From: an uncultured Alphaproteobacteria bacterium
Lineage (GTDB): Bacteria > Pseudomonadota > Alphaproteobacteria > Rhizobiales > Xanthobacteraceae
Direction of reading: 5' to 3'
DNA: 64,000 nucleotides
NCBI GenBank assembly: GCA_963846055.1
Contig: CAWJUQ010000001.1
Span: 2,608 to 66,607, forward strand
Shown: positions 18,948-29,665 of the stretch, one piece after another
Layout: the number at the start of each line of letters is the position of its first letter
Numbering within the stretch: position 1 is the first letter of the stretch
Notes under the pieces: model-generated
What the model saw: the letters and a program-made list of their open reading frames with translations, nothing else
Databases searched by the model: none
Told to the model about the DNA's origin: nothing
Position numbers and translations under genes: made by a program

Positions 18948-19123
18948 TCTTTCCTCCCAATTATATTGATTGCAGCGCGCCGACGCGCGCCGATCGCAGC
19001 TGAACACCGCTGTCGCCGTTTTAGCAAAGCGCGCGCGCTGTCGGCAAGGCAGAGCAAGGCCGCGCCAGCGATCAAAACGGTACGATCAAACAGCAGGGAG
19101 ATGGGCAGTCGCCCGCATAAATC

Positions 19124-19576
19124 TCAGTCGCGCTTGCGATAGACTTTTTCCGGATCGAACAAACGCTCGTCACGGAATTCGAGCGATACCTTGCCGGTTT
19201 TTCCGACAGGCACGGCCCGATAGAAGCACGAACGCCGGCCGGTATGACAGGCACCGCCGCTTTGCTCGACCTTGATCCAGATGGCGTCCTGATCGCAGTC
19301 GATGCGCATTTCGACGACGCGTTGAACGTGGCCGGAGCTTTCACCTTTGCGCCACAGAGCGCCGCGCGATCTGGAGAAATACCATGCCTCGCCGGTGGCA
19401 ATGGTCTTTGCCAGCGCTTCCGCGTTCATGTGCGCGACCATGAGCACCGAACCCGAGGCGGCGTCCGTGGCCACGCAAGTAACAAGTCCGTCCGGACCGA
19501 ATTTCGGTGTGAGTGCCGTGCTCTCTTCTAGCTCGGCCCCCTCACCCGGCGGCGCAAATGCAGCGTTCTCTGGCAT
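19124..19576 (-). CDS. hisI: Phosphoribosyl-AMP cyclohydrolase
   Basis: GLVTCVATDAASGSVLMVAHMNAEAL..GEAWYFSRSRGALWRKGESSGHVQRVVEMRIDCDQDAIWIKV..GGACHTGRRSCFY. Confidence 0.85.
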   Translation of the reverse strand: MPENAAFAPPGEGAELEESTALTPKFGPDGLVTCVATDAASGSVLMVAHMNAEALAKTIATGEAWYFSRSRGALWRKGESSGHVQRVVEMRIDCDQDAIWIKVEQSGGACHTGRRSCFYRAVPVGKTGKVSLEFRDERLFDPEKVYRKRD

Positions 19577-19699
19577 GTTCAGAACTTCGTTTCGCGGCAA
19601 GGGCAGGAACACGTGCCGGCGACGCAAACTCTCGCATCCGGCCGATATGAACCTTATATAGTTGAGCAGCAAGTCGTTTGCTTCGGACCCCGCCCAACC

Positions 19700-20167
19700 A
19701 TGCTCAATGACGTCTACAATCGCCGTATCATCGAGCTTGCAGGCACAATCCCGCGGATTGGCCGGCTCGCCGAACCCGATGCGACCTCGACCGCCGTGTC
19801 CAAATTGTGCGGATCAACCGTCACGATCGACCTGAAGATGGACGGCGAAAAAGTCAGCGACTTTGCGCACGAAGTGAAAGCCTGCGCGCTTGGCCAGGCC
19901 TCCTCGTCCATCATGGCGCGCAACGTCGTTGGCTCCACGGCCGCCGAACTGCGCGCCTTGCGTGACGGCATGCGCAAGATGCTCAAGGAAAACGGCCAGC
20001 CTCCAGCGGCGGGCAAATGGGCCGATATCGCGGTGCTTGAGCCGGTGCGCGACTACAAGGCTCGCCACGCCTCGACCTTGCTTACGTTCGATGCCGTAGT
20101 CGACGCGATCAACCAGATCGAGGCAAAGCGCGCGAGCAAATCGCCCGCCGCCGCTTCCGTGCAGTAG
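19700..20167 (+). CDS. Fe-S cluster assembly scaffold-like protein (NifU/IscU N-terminal domain family)
   Basis: MLNDVYNRRIIELAG, CGSTVTIDLKMDG and VKACALGQASSSIM. Confidence 0.6.
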   Translation: MLNDVYNRRIIELAGTIPRIGRLAEPDATSTAVSKLCGSTVTIDLKMDGEKVSDFAHEVKACALGQASSSIMARNVVGSTAAELRALRDGMRKMLKENGQPPAAGKWADIAVLEPVRDYKARHASTLLTFDAVVDAINQIEAKRASKSPAAASVQ

Positions 20168-20179
20168 CTCGGTTCCACA

Positions 20180-20518
20180 ATGGCGCTTGCCGATTTATTC
20201 GAAAAGTCGAGCCGCGCTCCCCGCCTTGCGGGCCGAGGACTGATCAAGGCGTATCAATACACGTTGTCGCCGCTTGTCGGTTTCAACTGCCGTCATTTGC
20301 CGACGTGCTCTGACTACGCCGATCAGGCGATCGGCCGCTACGGGCTCTGGGCTGGCGGCTGGATGACGGCAGCCCGGTTACTGCGCTGCCATCCTTGGGG
20401 AACGGCCGGGCTCGATTTTGTTTGTGAATCGGTGCCGGCCGGAGCTCGCTGGTATCTGCCTTGGCGCTATGGAATTTGGCGCTATGGAAATTGGCGCGGC
20501 GGCAAAGAACGCACCTAG
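20180..20518 (+). CDS. yidD: Membrane protein insertion efficiency factor YidD
   Basis: LIKAYQYTLSPLVGFNCRHLPTCSDYADQAIGRYG..RLLRCHPWG. The C-terminal extension carries a WRYGIWRYGNW duplication. Confidence 0.85.
   Translation: MALADLFEKSSRAPRLAGRGLIKAYQYTLSPLVGFNCRHLPTCSDYADQAIGRYGLWAGGWMTAARLLRCHPWGTAGLDFVCESVPAGARWYLPWRYGIWRYGNWRGGKERT
20461..20498 (+). repeat. Tandem 15-bp repeat TGGCGCTATGGAA(T/A)T x2 plus a partial third copy
   Basis: Read directly. It lies in-frame inside the 3' end of yidD. Confidence 0.7.
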
Positions 20519-20568
20519 ATACTCTGGCAACTTGCCGCCGCGCCGGCCTCAGCTCCCGCCGATTTCGC

Positions 20569-21740
20569 TTACTCCGTCTTTTGTTGGAAATTTGCGACTT
20601 GCTGCGCCGCAAGACCCGAACCGAGGTGTGCGGCCTTTTGGTACCATTCACGTGCCTTCGCCGCGTCCGGGACGACGCCAACGGCGCCGAGCCGCGCAAT
20701 CACGGCCGGATCGAAGGTCTGCGCGAGCGCGAAGGCGCCGTCCGCGCTGCCGGCCGCGGCGGCGCGGTGCAGCAAAAGCCGAGCCGCGACGAGATCGCCG
20801 TTCTTCAGGGAGTCCTGGCCGCGTTTGAGCAGAATAGCGACCTCGGCCGGATCGAGATGCAAAGCCGCCGTCTGAGGCTCCGCTGGAGCCTGTGCTTGCG
20901 GCCGAGCCGCGGGCGGCACAGCCACGGGCGACACAGCAGGGAGCGGCAGGGCTGCGGACGCCACTGCTACCGGCGTCACGACCGGCGACGCCGAGATTTG
21001 CGGACGTGCCACCCATTCGAGGCGCAGCCCTTTGCTGTCCACAAGGCGATCACCGGGAGCCGCAGATCGACCATCACGTTCATGGCGCCGACGTAGTCTC
21101 GCGGCGGGCGTATTTGCAGTCCTTCGAGCTGGTCGGCGTCGAGCCGCCACCCGCTCACGCCAAGTGGGCTGCCGGCTGAAAGCTGCGTGTCCGGGGCCAG
21201 ACCCGAGAGCACAACGCCGGCGCCGGCGCGGTTTCCATCGACCTCGATGCCGACCGGAAGTATTTCATTCGTCTCGCCGCGATCATCGCGCACCAACAAG
21301 CGGGCATCTGGTGTCGCGACGGCCAATTGATCCTGCTTCCCGCCGCCGACAACCAGCGCCATGATGGCGGAGCCAAGAACTTCCGCATTCGCTCCGGAGC
21401 GGAGCAAAGGCACGGTTACGATTGCGCCGGCAGCAATGGCCGCGGCGCCGATTGCCGCGGCGATGCGTAGCGCCAACCGCGCTCCGCGTCGCTCAGAGCC
21501 GACCTTGATGGGCTCCGGTACCTTCTCCGGATCCAGCCGGACTTGCCGCTGAAGTTCGCGCGCGGCTACGTCACCGCTAAACCCGCGGCCTGCCGCGACC
21601 GGGCGGCGGCTGCGCGGCGGCCAGTCGATCTTGGCCGTGTCGGGAACGAGCGTCGCCAACCGCGCATCGTCGCGGACCCAAGGCGGCGCGTATTTGATTG
21701 CTTCGTCGAGTTTTGAGGCCTGGTGGACCGGAGAACTCAT
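20569..21740 (-). pseudogene. Membrane-anchored SEL1/TPR-repeat protein, one frameshift near 21040
   Basis: The N-terminal part is in ORF 20976..21740. The C-terminal part, in ORF 20569..21150, has SEL1-like LLLHRAAAAGSADGAFALAQTFDP..AAKAREWYQKAAHLG. Confidence 0.55.
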
Positions 21741-21800
21741 GATCGCCTCCCCTGCGCTTTCAAGCTCCGATATTTACAACTGAAGTTTTCCTCGCCTTTC

Positions 21801-23006
21801 TCATTGGCGCTTTTGCGCCTGCCACTTTACGAACTCCTGAAACAACTGATCGTTGTTCACGCCGGCCTTTTCCGTTCGGCCGAGGCTGCGCTGAGCCGCC
21901 AGGAACTGGTCGAACTGCTCGCGCGACGCACCCACCGCGGCAGATTGCTGCGGCCGATTGTGAACAAGCCACTCCTCCGCGGCTGCAAATCGCGTCCAGC
22001 CCGGCACCACCGCCGCAAGATTAGTCTCGTGCCATTTCGGATGGCGCGGCGGCTTTTGAAACTCGGCGAGCCTTGGAAAGAACGTGTCGACGAACTTTGC
22101 AATCCGATTGTAGCGCTCCGTTAGACGCGGCCAGTTATAGGCGATAAGCACCGCCCCGACCGCGACCGTACCGACGCTCGAACCGGACTCCACCATGTTC
22201 GGATAATCGTCGTGCTCGAGCGCGGCCGGCAAATAATCGTTTTGCAGTTGCTTGGCGAACGGCACCGGCAGAAAGCGGAAACCGTCGGCTGCTTTGAGCT
22301 TTCCCATCGAGCCCGCCGCCTTGCCGGCGATCAGAATGGTTGCGGCAATTTCGCCCGATTTGATTTTTTCGAACGCGTCGCCCTGGCCCATGTTGACTTC
22401 CTGGGCCTTGATGCCGAGGCGTTTGAAAATATTGCGCGTCGAAATCTGGCTGCCACTGCCGGGATCGCTGAAGTTTACTTTCTTGCCTGCGAGTTGCTCG
22501 ACCGACTCGATGCCGGAGTTGGCGCGCACGACGATGTGCATTTCCTCATTGAACAGTTTCGCGAGGTAGACGATCTGCTCGTCGATATTGCCGATTTCGT
22601 TGGTCTCGCGAAACTCGTTCAGAATAACCGATTGGGTAATGCCAAGATCGACGCCCTTGAGGAAGCGGACGTCACGAATATTCTGCCCGCCGCCCTTGCC
22701 GATTATCGGCAAGACCCGGAAGTCGTCGCCGTTGTCAAGAACGGCGGACAGGTCGTAAGCGATGTTCAGATAGGTGCCGTTCGGATTGCCGGACACGATC
22801 GCGATCGTGTTGGCATTCAGACGTTCACCGATAGTACCCAGGTTCGGCTTATCCGGCATCGGCCGCGCGCCGACACCACCGATAAATGCGATTTGAAGGG
22901 AAAAGGCTGCGGTCAAAGCGACCGCGACCCATACGCAAAATACCTGATAAGGCCTAAGTGGCCGCCGCGAGCCTCCCCCCATGTGCACCCCGTGCAGCGG
23001 GCCCAC
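21801..23006 (-). CDS. TAXI-family TRAP-type solute-binding protein-like, with C-terminal extension
   Basis: N-terminal TM/signal segment. Contains IAIVSGNPNGTYLNIAYDLSAVL and the NFSDPGSGS fold pattern. No permease gene is adjacent. Confidence 0.5.
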   Translation of the reverse strand: MGPLHGVHMGGGSRRPLRPYQVFCVWVAVALTAAFSLQIAFIGGVGARPMPDKPNLGTIGERLNANTIAIVSGNPNGTYLNIAYDLSAVLDNGDDFRVLPIIGKGGGQNIRDVRFLKGVDLGITQSVILNEFRETNEIGNIDEQIVYLAKLFNEEMHIVVRANSGIESVEQLAGKKVNFSDPGSGSQISTRNIFKRLGIKAQEVNMGQGDAFEKIKSGEIAATILIAGKAAGSMGKLKAADGFRFLPVPFAKQLQNDYLPAALEHDDYPNMVESGSSVGTVAVGAVLIAYNWPRLTERYNRIAKFVDTFFPRLAEFQKPPRHPKWHETNLAAVVPGWTRFAAAEEWLVHNRPQQSAAVGASREQFDQFLAAQRSLGRTEKAGVNNDQLFQEFVKWQAQKRQ

Positions 23007-23346
23007 GCCTTACGCAACACACACAACGCGTTTGTAGACCCACACCCATACCGACACCCCACCCCGCCGCGTTTCGAGCATCACGTTTGATTGTGATACG
23101 TGGCCCACCGCGGACTTGTTCCGAACGTCGGCAACCTTTTGGGCTACGGTATGATCGGTATTTGATGATTCTGCGGCGCTACTGCCCCAATCTCGCGAAG
23201 CATCGAAAAAAGCATTTGTTTACATCGCGTAATTGTGGCGAGTGAACAAGTAATCCACAGCTTGTCATCGCGTTTGTATAAGCTAAATATCCGTCAAACA
23301 CGCTTACCTGCATTCGTCGGCAGCGAGTGAGCAGAAGGAGTTAGGA

Positions 23347-25290
23347 ATGGTCGCGCTGACCTTTCCCGACGGCGCGCGTCGGGATTATCCAGTAAATTCA
23401 ACCGGCCTCGAAATCGCGAAAAGCATCTCACCGTCGCTCGCCAAACGAACTGTGGCGATGGCGCTCGACGGCAAGCTTGCCGACCTTTCCGATCCGATCG
23501 GGCACGACGCAAAAATTGAATTTCTCAACCGCGACGACCCTCGCGTGCTTGAGCTCATCCGCCATGATGCCGCGCACGTGCTCGCCGAAGCGGTACAGAG
23601 CTTGTGGCCGGGAACGCAGGTCACCATCGGCCCGGTGATCGAGAACGGCTTCTATTACGATTTTTATCGCAATCAGCCGTTCACGCCTGAAGACTTCGAA
23701 ATGATCGAAAAGAAAATGCGGGAGATCATCGCCCGCGACAAACCATTCACCAAGGAAGTGTGGTCGCGCGACGAGGCAAAAAAAGTTTTTCGCGACAAGG
23801 GCGAGATGTTCAAGGTCGAACTGATCGACGCCATTCCGGAAGATCAGCAGATAAAGATCTACAAGCAAGGCGACTGGTTCGATCTCTGCCGCGGCCCGCA
23901 TATGACATCGACGGGCAAAGTGGGCGATGCGTTCAAGCTGCAGAAAGTCGCGGGCGCGTATTGGCGCGGCAACTCAAATCGCGAAATGCTGTCGCGGATT
24001 TATGGCACCGCGTTCGCCAAGCGCGAAGAGCTCGATGCCTACCTGCATCAACTGGAAGAAGCGGAAAAACGCGACCATCGGCGTCTCGGCCGCGAGATGG
24101 ATTTGTTTCACTTCCAGGAAGAGGCGCCGGGGTCGGTATTCTGGCACCCGAAGGGCTGGACGCTATTTCAGACACTGGAGAACTACATCCGCCGCCGGCA
24201 GACCGACGCCGGCTACGCCGAAGTCAACGCACCGCAGCTCATCAATTCATCGCTGTGGGTCGCATCGGGGCATATGGCGACGTTCCGCGACGGCATGTTT
24301 TTGGTTGAGCCGCGCAAAGAGGACGAACGCACCTATGTAATCAAACCGATGAACTGCCCTGGACATATTCAGATCTTCAAGAATGGGCTGAAATCATATC
24401 GTGACCTGCCGTTCAAGATCGCCGAGTTCGGAAAAGTCCATCGGTTCGAACCCTCAGGCGCCCTCCACGGCCTGATGCGCGTGCGCGCGTTTACCCAGGA
24501 CGACGCCCACATCTTCGTCACGGAGCAGCAAATCGCGGAAGAAGTTCTCGCGGTCAATAATTTGATCCTGTCGATATATGAGGACTTCGGTTTCGACGAC
24601 GTGCGCATCAAATTCTCAGACCGTCCGGAAAAGCGGATCGGCGAAGACGCGGTATGGGACAAGGCGGAAGCCGCACTGATGCAGGCGCTCGAGACGTCGG
24701 GGCGGCCTTGGACGCTGAACAAAGGCGAAGGGGCGTTCTATGGGCCGAAGCTTGAATACGTGCTGCGCGACGCCATCGGCCGCGACTGGCAGTGCGGCAC
24801 CGTGCAAGTCGATCTCAATATGCCCGGACGCCTCGGCGCCTTCTACATTGACGAACACTCGGACAAAGTGACTCCGGTCATGCTGCACCGGGCGATGTTT
24901 GGATCGCTCGAACGTTTTACCGGGATCATGATCGAGCACTATGCCGGTCACCTGCCGTTATGGCTTTCGCCGCTGCAAATTGTTGTCGCCACCATAACCT
25001 CGGATGCCGACGATTATGGGCGCGAAACAATAGCAGCGGCGCACCGCCTCGGGTTGCGCGTTGAGGGCGACCTCCGCAACGAGAAGATCAATTACAAGGT
25101 ACGCGAGCACTCGCTCGCGAAAGTGCCGGTCTTGCTGGTGGTGGGTAAAAAAGAAGCTGCCGAGCGCACGGTCTCAATGCGCCGGCTCGGCAGCGACCGG
25201 CAGCAGACGCTGCCGCTCGACGCTGCGCTCGCCGCTCTCGCTCAGGAAGCAGTGCCGCCGGATATGAAGCGGTTGCAGAAAGCGGCATAG
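23347..25290 (+). CDS. thrS: Threonine--tRNA ligase
   Basis: 647 aa, intact. Contains TGS/second-domain and class II motifs: [34 protein letters not shown] and [12 protein letters not shown] lies upstream. Confidence 0.95.
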   Translation: MVALTFPDGARRDYPVNSTGLEIAKSISPSLAKRTVAMALDGKLADLSDPIGHDAKIEFLNRDDPRVLELIRHDAAHVLAEAVQSLWPGTQVTIGPVIENGFYYDFYRNQPFTPEDFEMIEKKMREIIARDKPFTKEVWSRDEAKKVFRDKGEMFKVELIDAIPEDQQIKIYKQGDWFDLCRGPHMTSTGKVGDAFKLQKVAGAYWRGNSNREMLSRIYGTAFAKREELDAYLHQLEEAEKRDHRRLGREMDLFHFQEEAPGSVFWHPKGWTLFQTLENYIRRRQTDAGYAEVNAPQLINSSLWVASGHMATFRDGMFLVEPRKEDERTYVIKPMNCPGHIQIFKNGLKSYRDLPFKIAEFGKVHRFEPSGALHGLMRVRAFTQDDAHIFVTEQQIAEEVLAVNNLILSIYEDFGFDDVRIKFSDRPEKRIGEDAVWDKAEAALMQALETSGRPWTLNKGEGAFYGPKLEYVLRDAIGRDWQCGTVQVDLNMPGRLGAFYIDEHSDKVTPVMLHRAMFGSLERFTGIMIEHYAGHLPLWLSPLQIVVATITSDADDYGRETIAAAHRLGLRVEGDLRNEKINYKVREHSLAKVPVLLVVGKKEAAERTVSMRRLGSDRQQTLPLDAALAALAQEAVPPDMKRLQKAA

Positions 25291-25319
25291 CGGATGGTGC
25301 CACCCGCGCCGAAGCCTGC

Positions 25320-26316
25320 CTAACGCGCCAGCACCTGCACCTCGCCGTCGACGCCGGCGATCACCTTGAAATCGCGCTGAAACACCTTGCCGGAATTGCG
25401 CGCAATGACGTGATAGTCGCCTTCGGCAAGCACGACCCGGGGAAACGCCCCCATCGATTCCTTGATCACGTCGCCGCCCGGCGTCAGGACGGACCACTGA
25501 GTGCTGGCCAGCGCTTCAGAGCCCGGTTCGTTGACTAGCTTAAGCGTGATGACCGCGGCTCGGTGATTGACCGATGACGTCGGTGAGCTTGGCGGCTTGG
25601 ACATGCACGTCCGAACGCACCACCGAATTGCCGTCACCGTAATTGGAGACGATGTAATACGTCCCTTGCGGAAGCATCACGACATCGCCGGTCATGACGT
25701 TCTGCGCAATCGGCCGTCGCTCCGTGGTGTCGAACTGGCTGCCGTTGAAAATTTCAAACGAGATCTGTCCGGGAGGAATGCGCGCGTCGCCCACCCGCCC
25801 CTCTAACCGAACACCGCCAGCCGGGATATCGAAGACTTCGCGGACGGTCTCGGATCGTAATTGCACGGCCTTCGCCGCGCTGGCGAGCCCGAGGCTGGCG
25901 TGCACAACATAATTGCCTGGCGGCAGAACGAAGGTCGCGGCGGCGGCCTTCTCTTCTTTGACGAGGCGATAAATTCCGCCGGCGTCCGGCTTGGCGGCGT
26001 AAACCCGCCAGATCAGGCCGCCCCCGATTGCGGGTGCGTCGCGGCCGTAGCGCGCAGACAAAGCGAGCGCCACATGCCCGGCCGGCACCATGGGTACAGC
26101 CTGCGCGAACGGCGTCGAGGGGGACGGAGCCGTTAGTCCGGAGCCGGGCGATGCCTTGCCGGGCGCGACTGATGCGGGGCCAAACGCGTCCGGCGACGCG
26201 AGGTTGCTGGTTTGCGAAAAGCCGTCGATTGACGGCAAGGCCGCCAATGCAATCGTCGCTGCCCAAACAGCGCGAAAACTGACTCTGCCCCGACCCGCCA
26301 TGGCGTTTTTCTTCAT
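25320..26316 (-). pseudogene. Secreted hypothetical protein with repeated beta-rich modules, one frameshift near 25570
   Basis: ORFs 25540..26418 and 25320..25637 join at VRSDVHVQAAKLTDV. Signal peptide FRAVWAATIALAALPS. Confidence 0.45.
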
Positions 26317-26440
26317 GCCAATCGCGGCAATTTCATGCCTGGGTTGCTGCTCGAATGGACCGGAGAGTGCGCTGTTTTGGCCCTCTCTACCATTTGCCGC
26401 TTCACCATAATGTGCCAAGCGAGTTGTTGCTAATAGAAGC

Positions 26441-27469
26441 TTGGCGGATCATTCATGCGCCGCTTGGTACGCGCGAGAAGTTAAGAGGACAAAAGTGACT
26501 GTCGCCGACGTCGGACCTAAACCGTTACAGGGCAAACTTGGCCGCCCGTTGATTGGGCTGGTCCTTGGCAGCGGCGCGGCCCGTGGTTTTGCCCATATCG
26601 GCGTCATTCAAGCCTTGGCGGCTCAAGGAATTGTTCCGGATATTGTTGTTGGTACGTCGATCGGCGCTTTGGTCGGTGGCTGCTACGCCAATAATCAATT
26701 GGAGCAGTTGGAAAGCTGGTCGCGCTCGCTCACCTTGCGGCGCATCATCGGCTATCTCGATGTGCGGATCGGCAGTTCCGGACTCATTGGCGGAAGCCGG
26801 CTTGCCAAACGGCTGGTCGAGGCCGTGGGACCAACGACGATCGAGGACTTACCGATCCGCTTCGCGGCAATCGCAACAGAGGTCGGCACCGGACATGAAA
26901 TCTGGCTCACCCGCGGGTCGCTGTCACTCGCCATGCGCGCCTCTTACGCGTTGCCCGGGCTGTTTCCGCCGATCCGGCTCGGCGGGCGATGGCTGGTGGA
27001 TGGCGCGCTGGTTAATCCGGTGCCGGTGACCGCGGCGCGCGCGTTTGGCGCGCGCGTCGTCATTGCCGTCAATCTCGATGCCGATCGATTCGCCCGCGGC
27101 GCGACCATTGCCAGTCACGGATCGGACGCCAGTGACGCCCCACCGGATTCCTTGGCCGCGCCCGCGCGGAACATTTTCTCCGGCTTGCGCGGCATGTTTG
27201 GCGCCGAGCGCGCACTGAAGCGCCAGATCTTCGCCGGCGAGGCGCGGCCGGGCTTTTCGACCGTCATGATCGAAGCGTTCAACATCATGCAAGACCGGCT
27301 CACCCGCATGCGTTTAGCCGGCGACCCGCCGGACGTGCATATCACCCCTCACATCGGCCACATCGGCTGGCTGGAATTTCATCGCGCGGCAGAGGCGATT
27401 GCGGCCGGCAAAGCCGCCACTGAAAAAGCCCTTGAGCCAATTCTTGAGACGATTGCCGCTCTCGGTTAA
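26441..27469 (+). CDS. Patatin-like phospholipase (RssA-like)
   Basis: GLVLGSGAARGFAHIGV (oxyanion GGxR-type), GTSIGALVG (GxSxG) and LVDGALVNPVP (catalytic DGA). The start is uncertain. Confidence 0.8.
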   Translation: MADHSCAAWYAREVKRTKVTVADVGPKPLQGKLGRPLIGLVLGSGAARGFAHIGVIQALAAQGIVPDIVVGTSIGALVGGCYANNQLEQLESWSRSLTLRRIIGYLDVRIGSSGLIGGSRLAKRLVEAVGPTTIEDLPIRFAAIATEVGTGHEIWLTRGSLSLAMRASYALPGLFPPIRLGGRWLVDGALVNPVPVTAARAFGARVVIAVNLDADRFARGATIASHGSDASDAPPDSLAAPARNIFSGLRGMFGAERALKRQIFAGEARPGFSTVMIEAFNIMQDRLTRMRLAGDPPDVHITPHIGHIGWLEFHRAAEAIAAGKAATEKALEPILETIAALG

Positions 27470-27506
27470 CCCCGCCCGCGGCGAGAAGTCCCTTTTGTCC
27501 TCGCAA

Positions 27507-27827
27507 TCACCGGGACGGGGATAAGCGGGCGCAGTTCGTTTGGCACGTGAGCTGCGTGTTGGTGCAGGCCGAAAGGCAAATCGTATTCGCGGTGGCATTC
27601 GTCTGCGGAGTAAGGCTGTTGGCCGGCGCCAGGGCATTCGGAAGCTGAGTGAGTTGATTGCCCGGAACCAAACAAGCGGTCTGGCAAGACGCGGCCTGCG
27701 CGTTGCACGCCATCATACAATTCGTCGCCGTGGAGCTTTGCGCCAGCCGAATCTTATCTGCGGCCACCGAAGACGTCGCATAAGCCGCCAACGTCGCCGA
27801 CAGCAGAAAAGCGATCAACCCCCGCAT
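27507..27827 (-). CDS. Secreted Cys-rich mini-protein with duplicated C-x3-C-x6-C-x3-C motif
   Basis: GGAGG upstream of the ATG at 27827. Signal peptide MRGLIAFLLSATLAAYATSSVAA. Contains CMMACNAQAASCQTAC and CLSACTNTQLTCQTNC. Confidence 0.6.
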   Translation of the reverse strand: MRGLIAFLLSATLAAYATSSVAADKIRLAQSSTATNCMMACNAQAASCQTACLVPGNQLTQLPNALAPANSLTPQTNATANTICLSACTNTQLTCQTNCARLSPSR

Positions 27828-27944
27828 AAGCCGCCTCCGTTGCGGGAGGATCATAGCGTCTTGCGCGGCCTCGCGAAATCAAAAGTCGGCCTGCGCCTAC
27901 CGAGCCTGAAGGCGGCAGAGATACTTTAAGACGGGACGCCGATT

Positions 27945-28376
27945 CTACGCGGTTTGGATGTAGTCGCGCATCGCCCGTGATTCGTGCTCCATCTCATGGA
28001 CACGATGCTTCACGACGTCGCCAATCGAGATAATGCCGACGAGCCGCCCCTGGTCGACCACCGGCATGTGGCGGAATTTTCCCAAGGTCATGCGTTCCAT
28101 GATGCTGGAGACGGCTTCCCCTTCGGTGCACGTCTCCACCCTGCGTGTCATCGTCCGGCTGACCGGCAGATCGAGCGCAGCCGCACCGGCTTCCGCCAGC
28201 GCCTGCACCACATCGCGTTCGGATATGATTCCGGCAATGCGATGATCCGCGCCTAGAATAAGCGCGGCGCCAATACGCTTTTCGGCAAGGAGCCCTGCCG
28301 CTTCTCCAAGCGTCGCACTCAAATCGATGGTGACAACTTCACGCCCTTTGCGCGCGAGAATGATGCCAACAGTCAT
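27945..28376 (-). CDS. CBS-domain pair protein
   Basis: 143 aa. Contains RIGAALILGADHRIAGIISERDVV and FRHMPVVDQGRLVGIISIGDVVK. Confidence 0.8.
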   Translation of the reverse strand: MTVGIILARKGREVVTIDLSATLGEAAGLLAEKRIGAALILGADHRIAGIISERDVVQALAEAGAAALDLPVSRTMTRRVETCTEGEAVSSIMERMTLGKFRHMPVVDQGRLVGIISIGDVVKHRVHEMEHESRAMRDYIQTA

Positions 28377-28643
28377 CGTAGCCTCCCTTGCTTCACGGAT
28401 GCGACGCGTGCGCGATCGCTATCAGTGAGTCATGTTTTAGGTCGGCGCCGAGTTCCATTAGCGGGCGCATTAATTGGCGGAACGATCAACAAGCTCTAAC
28501 GTTCCGTCCTCGCCTGCCTGCGCTTGTTGCAGCGCAGCATCGAGCCTCGCGTGGATCGCCCATAAAACCAGCGCTGACTCTGTCGGCATTCATACCATAA
28601 TTGCTGGCTGCGGGGCAGCGCGAATTCAGATAGCGCAGTTGCA

Positions 28644-29396
28644 CTAAGGCATGGGCTCCGGCTCTGCCGCGCGTTGGGGCCCCACCGGATCGAACAGATC
28701 GAACAGCAGTAAGCCGGCGACAAACCCGCCGATGTGCGATTGCCAGGCGATTTCCTGCCCTTCTTCGCCTATCGAGACGGTGCCAAGCCCTACCAGCAGA
28801 TTGAGTCCCATCCACGCGCCCAAAAAAATTAGGAATCGCGGATCCCGCAACGTAACAGCGAGCGGAGACGCCGGGACGCGATAGGCTTCGCTGGTGGCCT
28901 CACCTCGCCAGAGACCCAACGGTCCGCCGTTCTGAAAAACGAAACGAAGCGCAGCCGCCATGGCGCCGGAAATCGCAGCCGACGCGCCGATCATTGGCAC
29001 CATCGCACCGATATGCGTGATCAGATGGGCGAATGCGCCAGCGGCGGCCACTACAAGCATGAAAGCGATGTAACGCCATGCACCGAAACGACGCGCCAGC
29101 GCAGTACCGAACGGCAACAGCCACGCCAGATTAAGTCCAATATGCAGCCAGTCGGCGTGGAGCAATGCGTAAGAGAAGAAACTCCACAAATCCGCGCCGA
29201 ATCCCCCGTACTGCGCCCGTAAATAGTCGGCGGCAGTGTCGTAACGGGCGGGGATGAACGCGAAGGTCAAAAGCACCCACTCGTCCTGCGCGTCCGTCAG
29301 TAAGAGCGTGCGAACGGCGTGGACGATCAACAGCGCCGCAATTGTCGCGAGTACGACCGGCGGCACATTGAAGATCGGCTCCGAACGCTGAGTCAA
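28644..29396 (-). CDS. Rhomboid-family intramembrane serine protease
   Basis: Polytopic membrane protein with HADWLHIGLNLAWLLPFG and GASAAISG (catalytic Ser), followed by a His downstream (SHIGG). Confidence 0.75.
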   Translation of the reverse strand: MTQRSEPIFNVPPVVLATIAALLIVHAVRTLLLTDAQDEWVLLTFAFIPARYDTAADYLRAQYGGFGADLWSFFSYALLHADWLHIGLNLAWLLPFGTALARRFGAWRYIAFMLVVAAAGAFAHLITHIGAMVPMIGASAAISGAMAAALRFVFQNGGPLGLWRGEATSEAYRVPASPLAVTLRDPRFLIFLGAWMGLNLLVGLGTVSIGEEGQEIAWQSHIGGFVAGLLLFDLFDPVGPQRAAEPEPMP

Positions 29397-29637
29397 CGAT
29401 TTGTACCTAGTGGCCCGATTCTAACATTCGCATCCGTCTCGGCTCGCTTTCATGCGAACGTTGGAACAACGGACCACGAGCAAATAACCGCCTCAGGGAG
29501 CTTTTTGGATTTGCTACTCGCTTCGCGTATTTGACGGCTAGCCAATTCCGAATCCGCTACGGCACGTGCCACCGGCATAGGCCGCGACATTCGCGGCGGC
29601 AAGCGCGCGGTTGAACAGTGAGATCAGGCGAGAATGA

Positions 29638-29665
29638 CAAAGGGAGGGCCATGGCCCTCCCTTTG
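29638..29665. other. Perfect 28-bp palindrome / strong hairpin in a long intergenic region
   Basis: CAAAGGGAGGGCCATGGCCCTCCCTTTG, a 12-bp stem. It is not downstream of any called gene. Confidence 0.6.

Noticed and set aside
18948-19123. Cobalamin or SAM riboswitch upstream of the MetE-like gene
   Set aside because: The leader is only about 175 nt. I could find no B12-box-like or SAM-II-like core by eye. An Rfam scan would be needed to be sure.
26441-27469. Patatin-like phospholipase as a CBASS/CapV-type defence effector
   Set aside because: No cyclase, nucleotidyltransferase or other defence partner is adjacent. The neighbours are ordinary conserved genes, which fits a housekeeping RssA-like enzyme.
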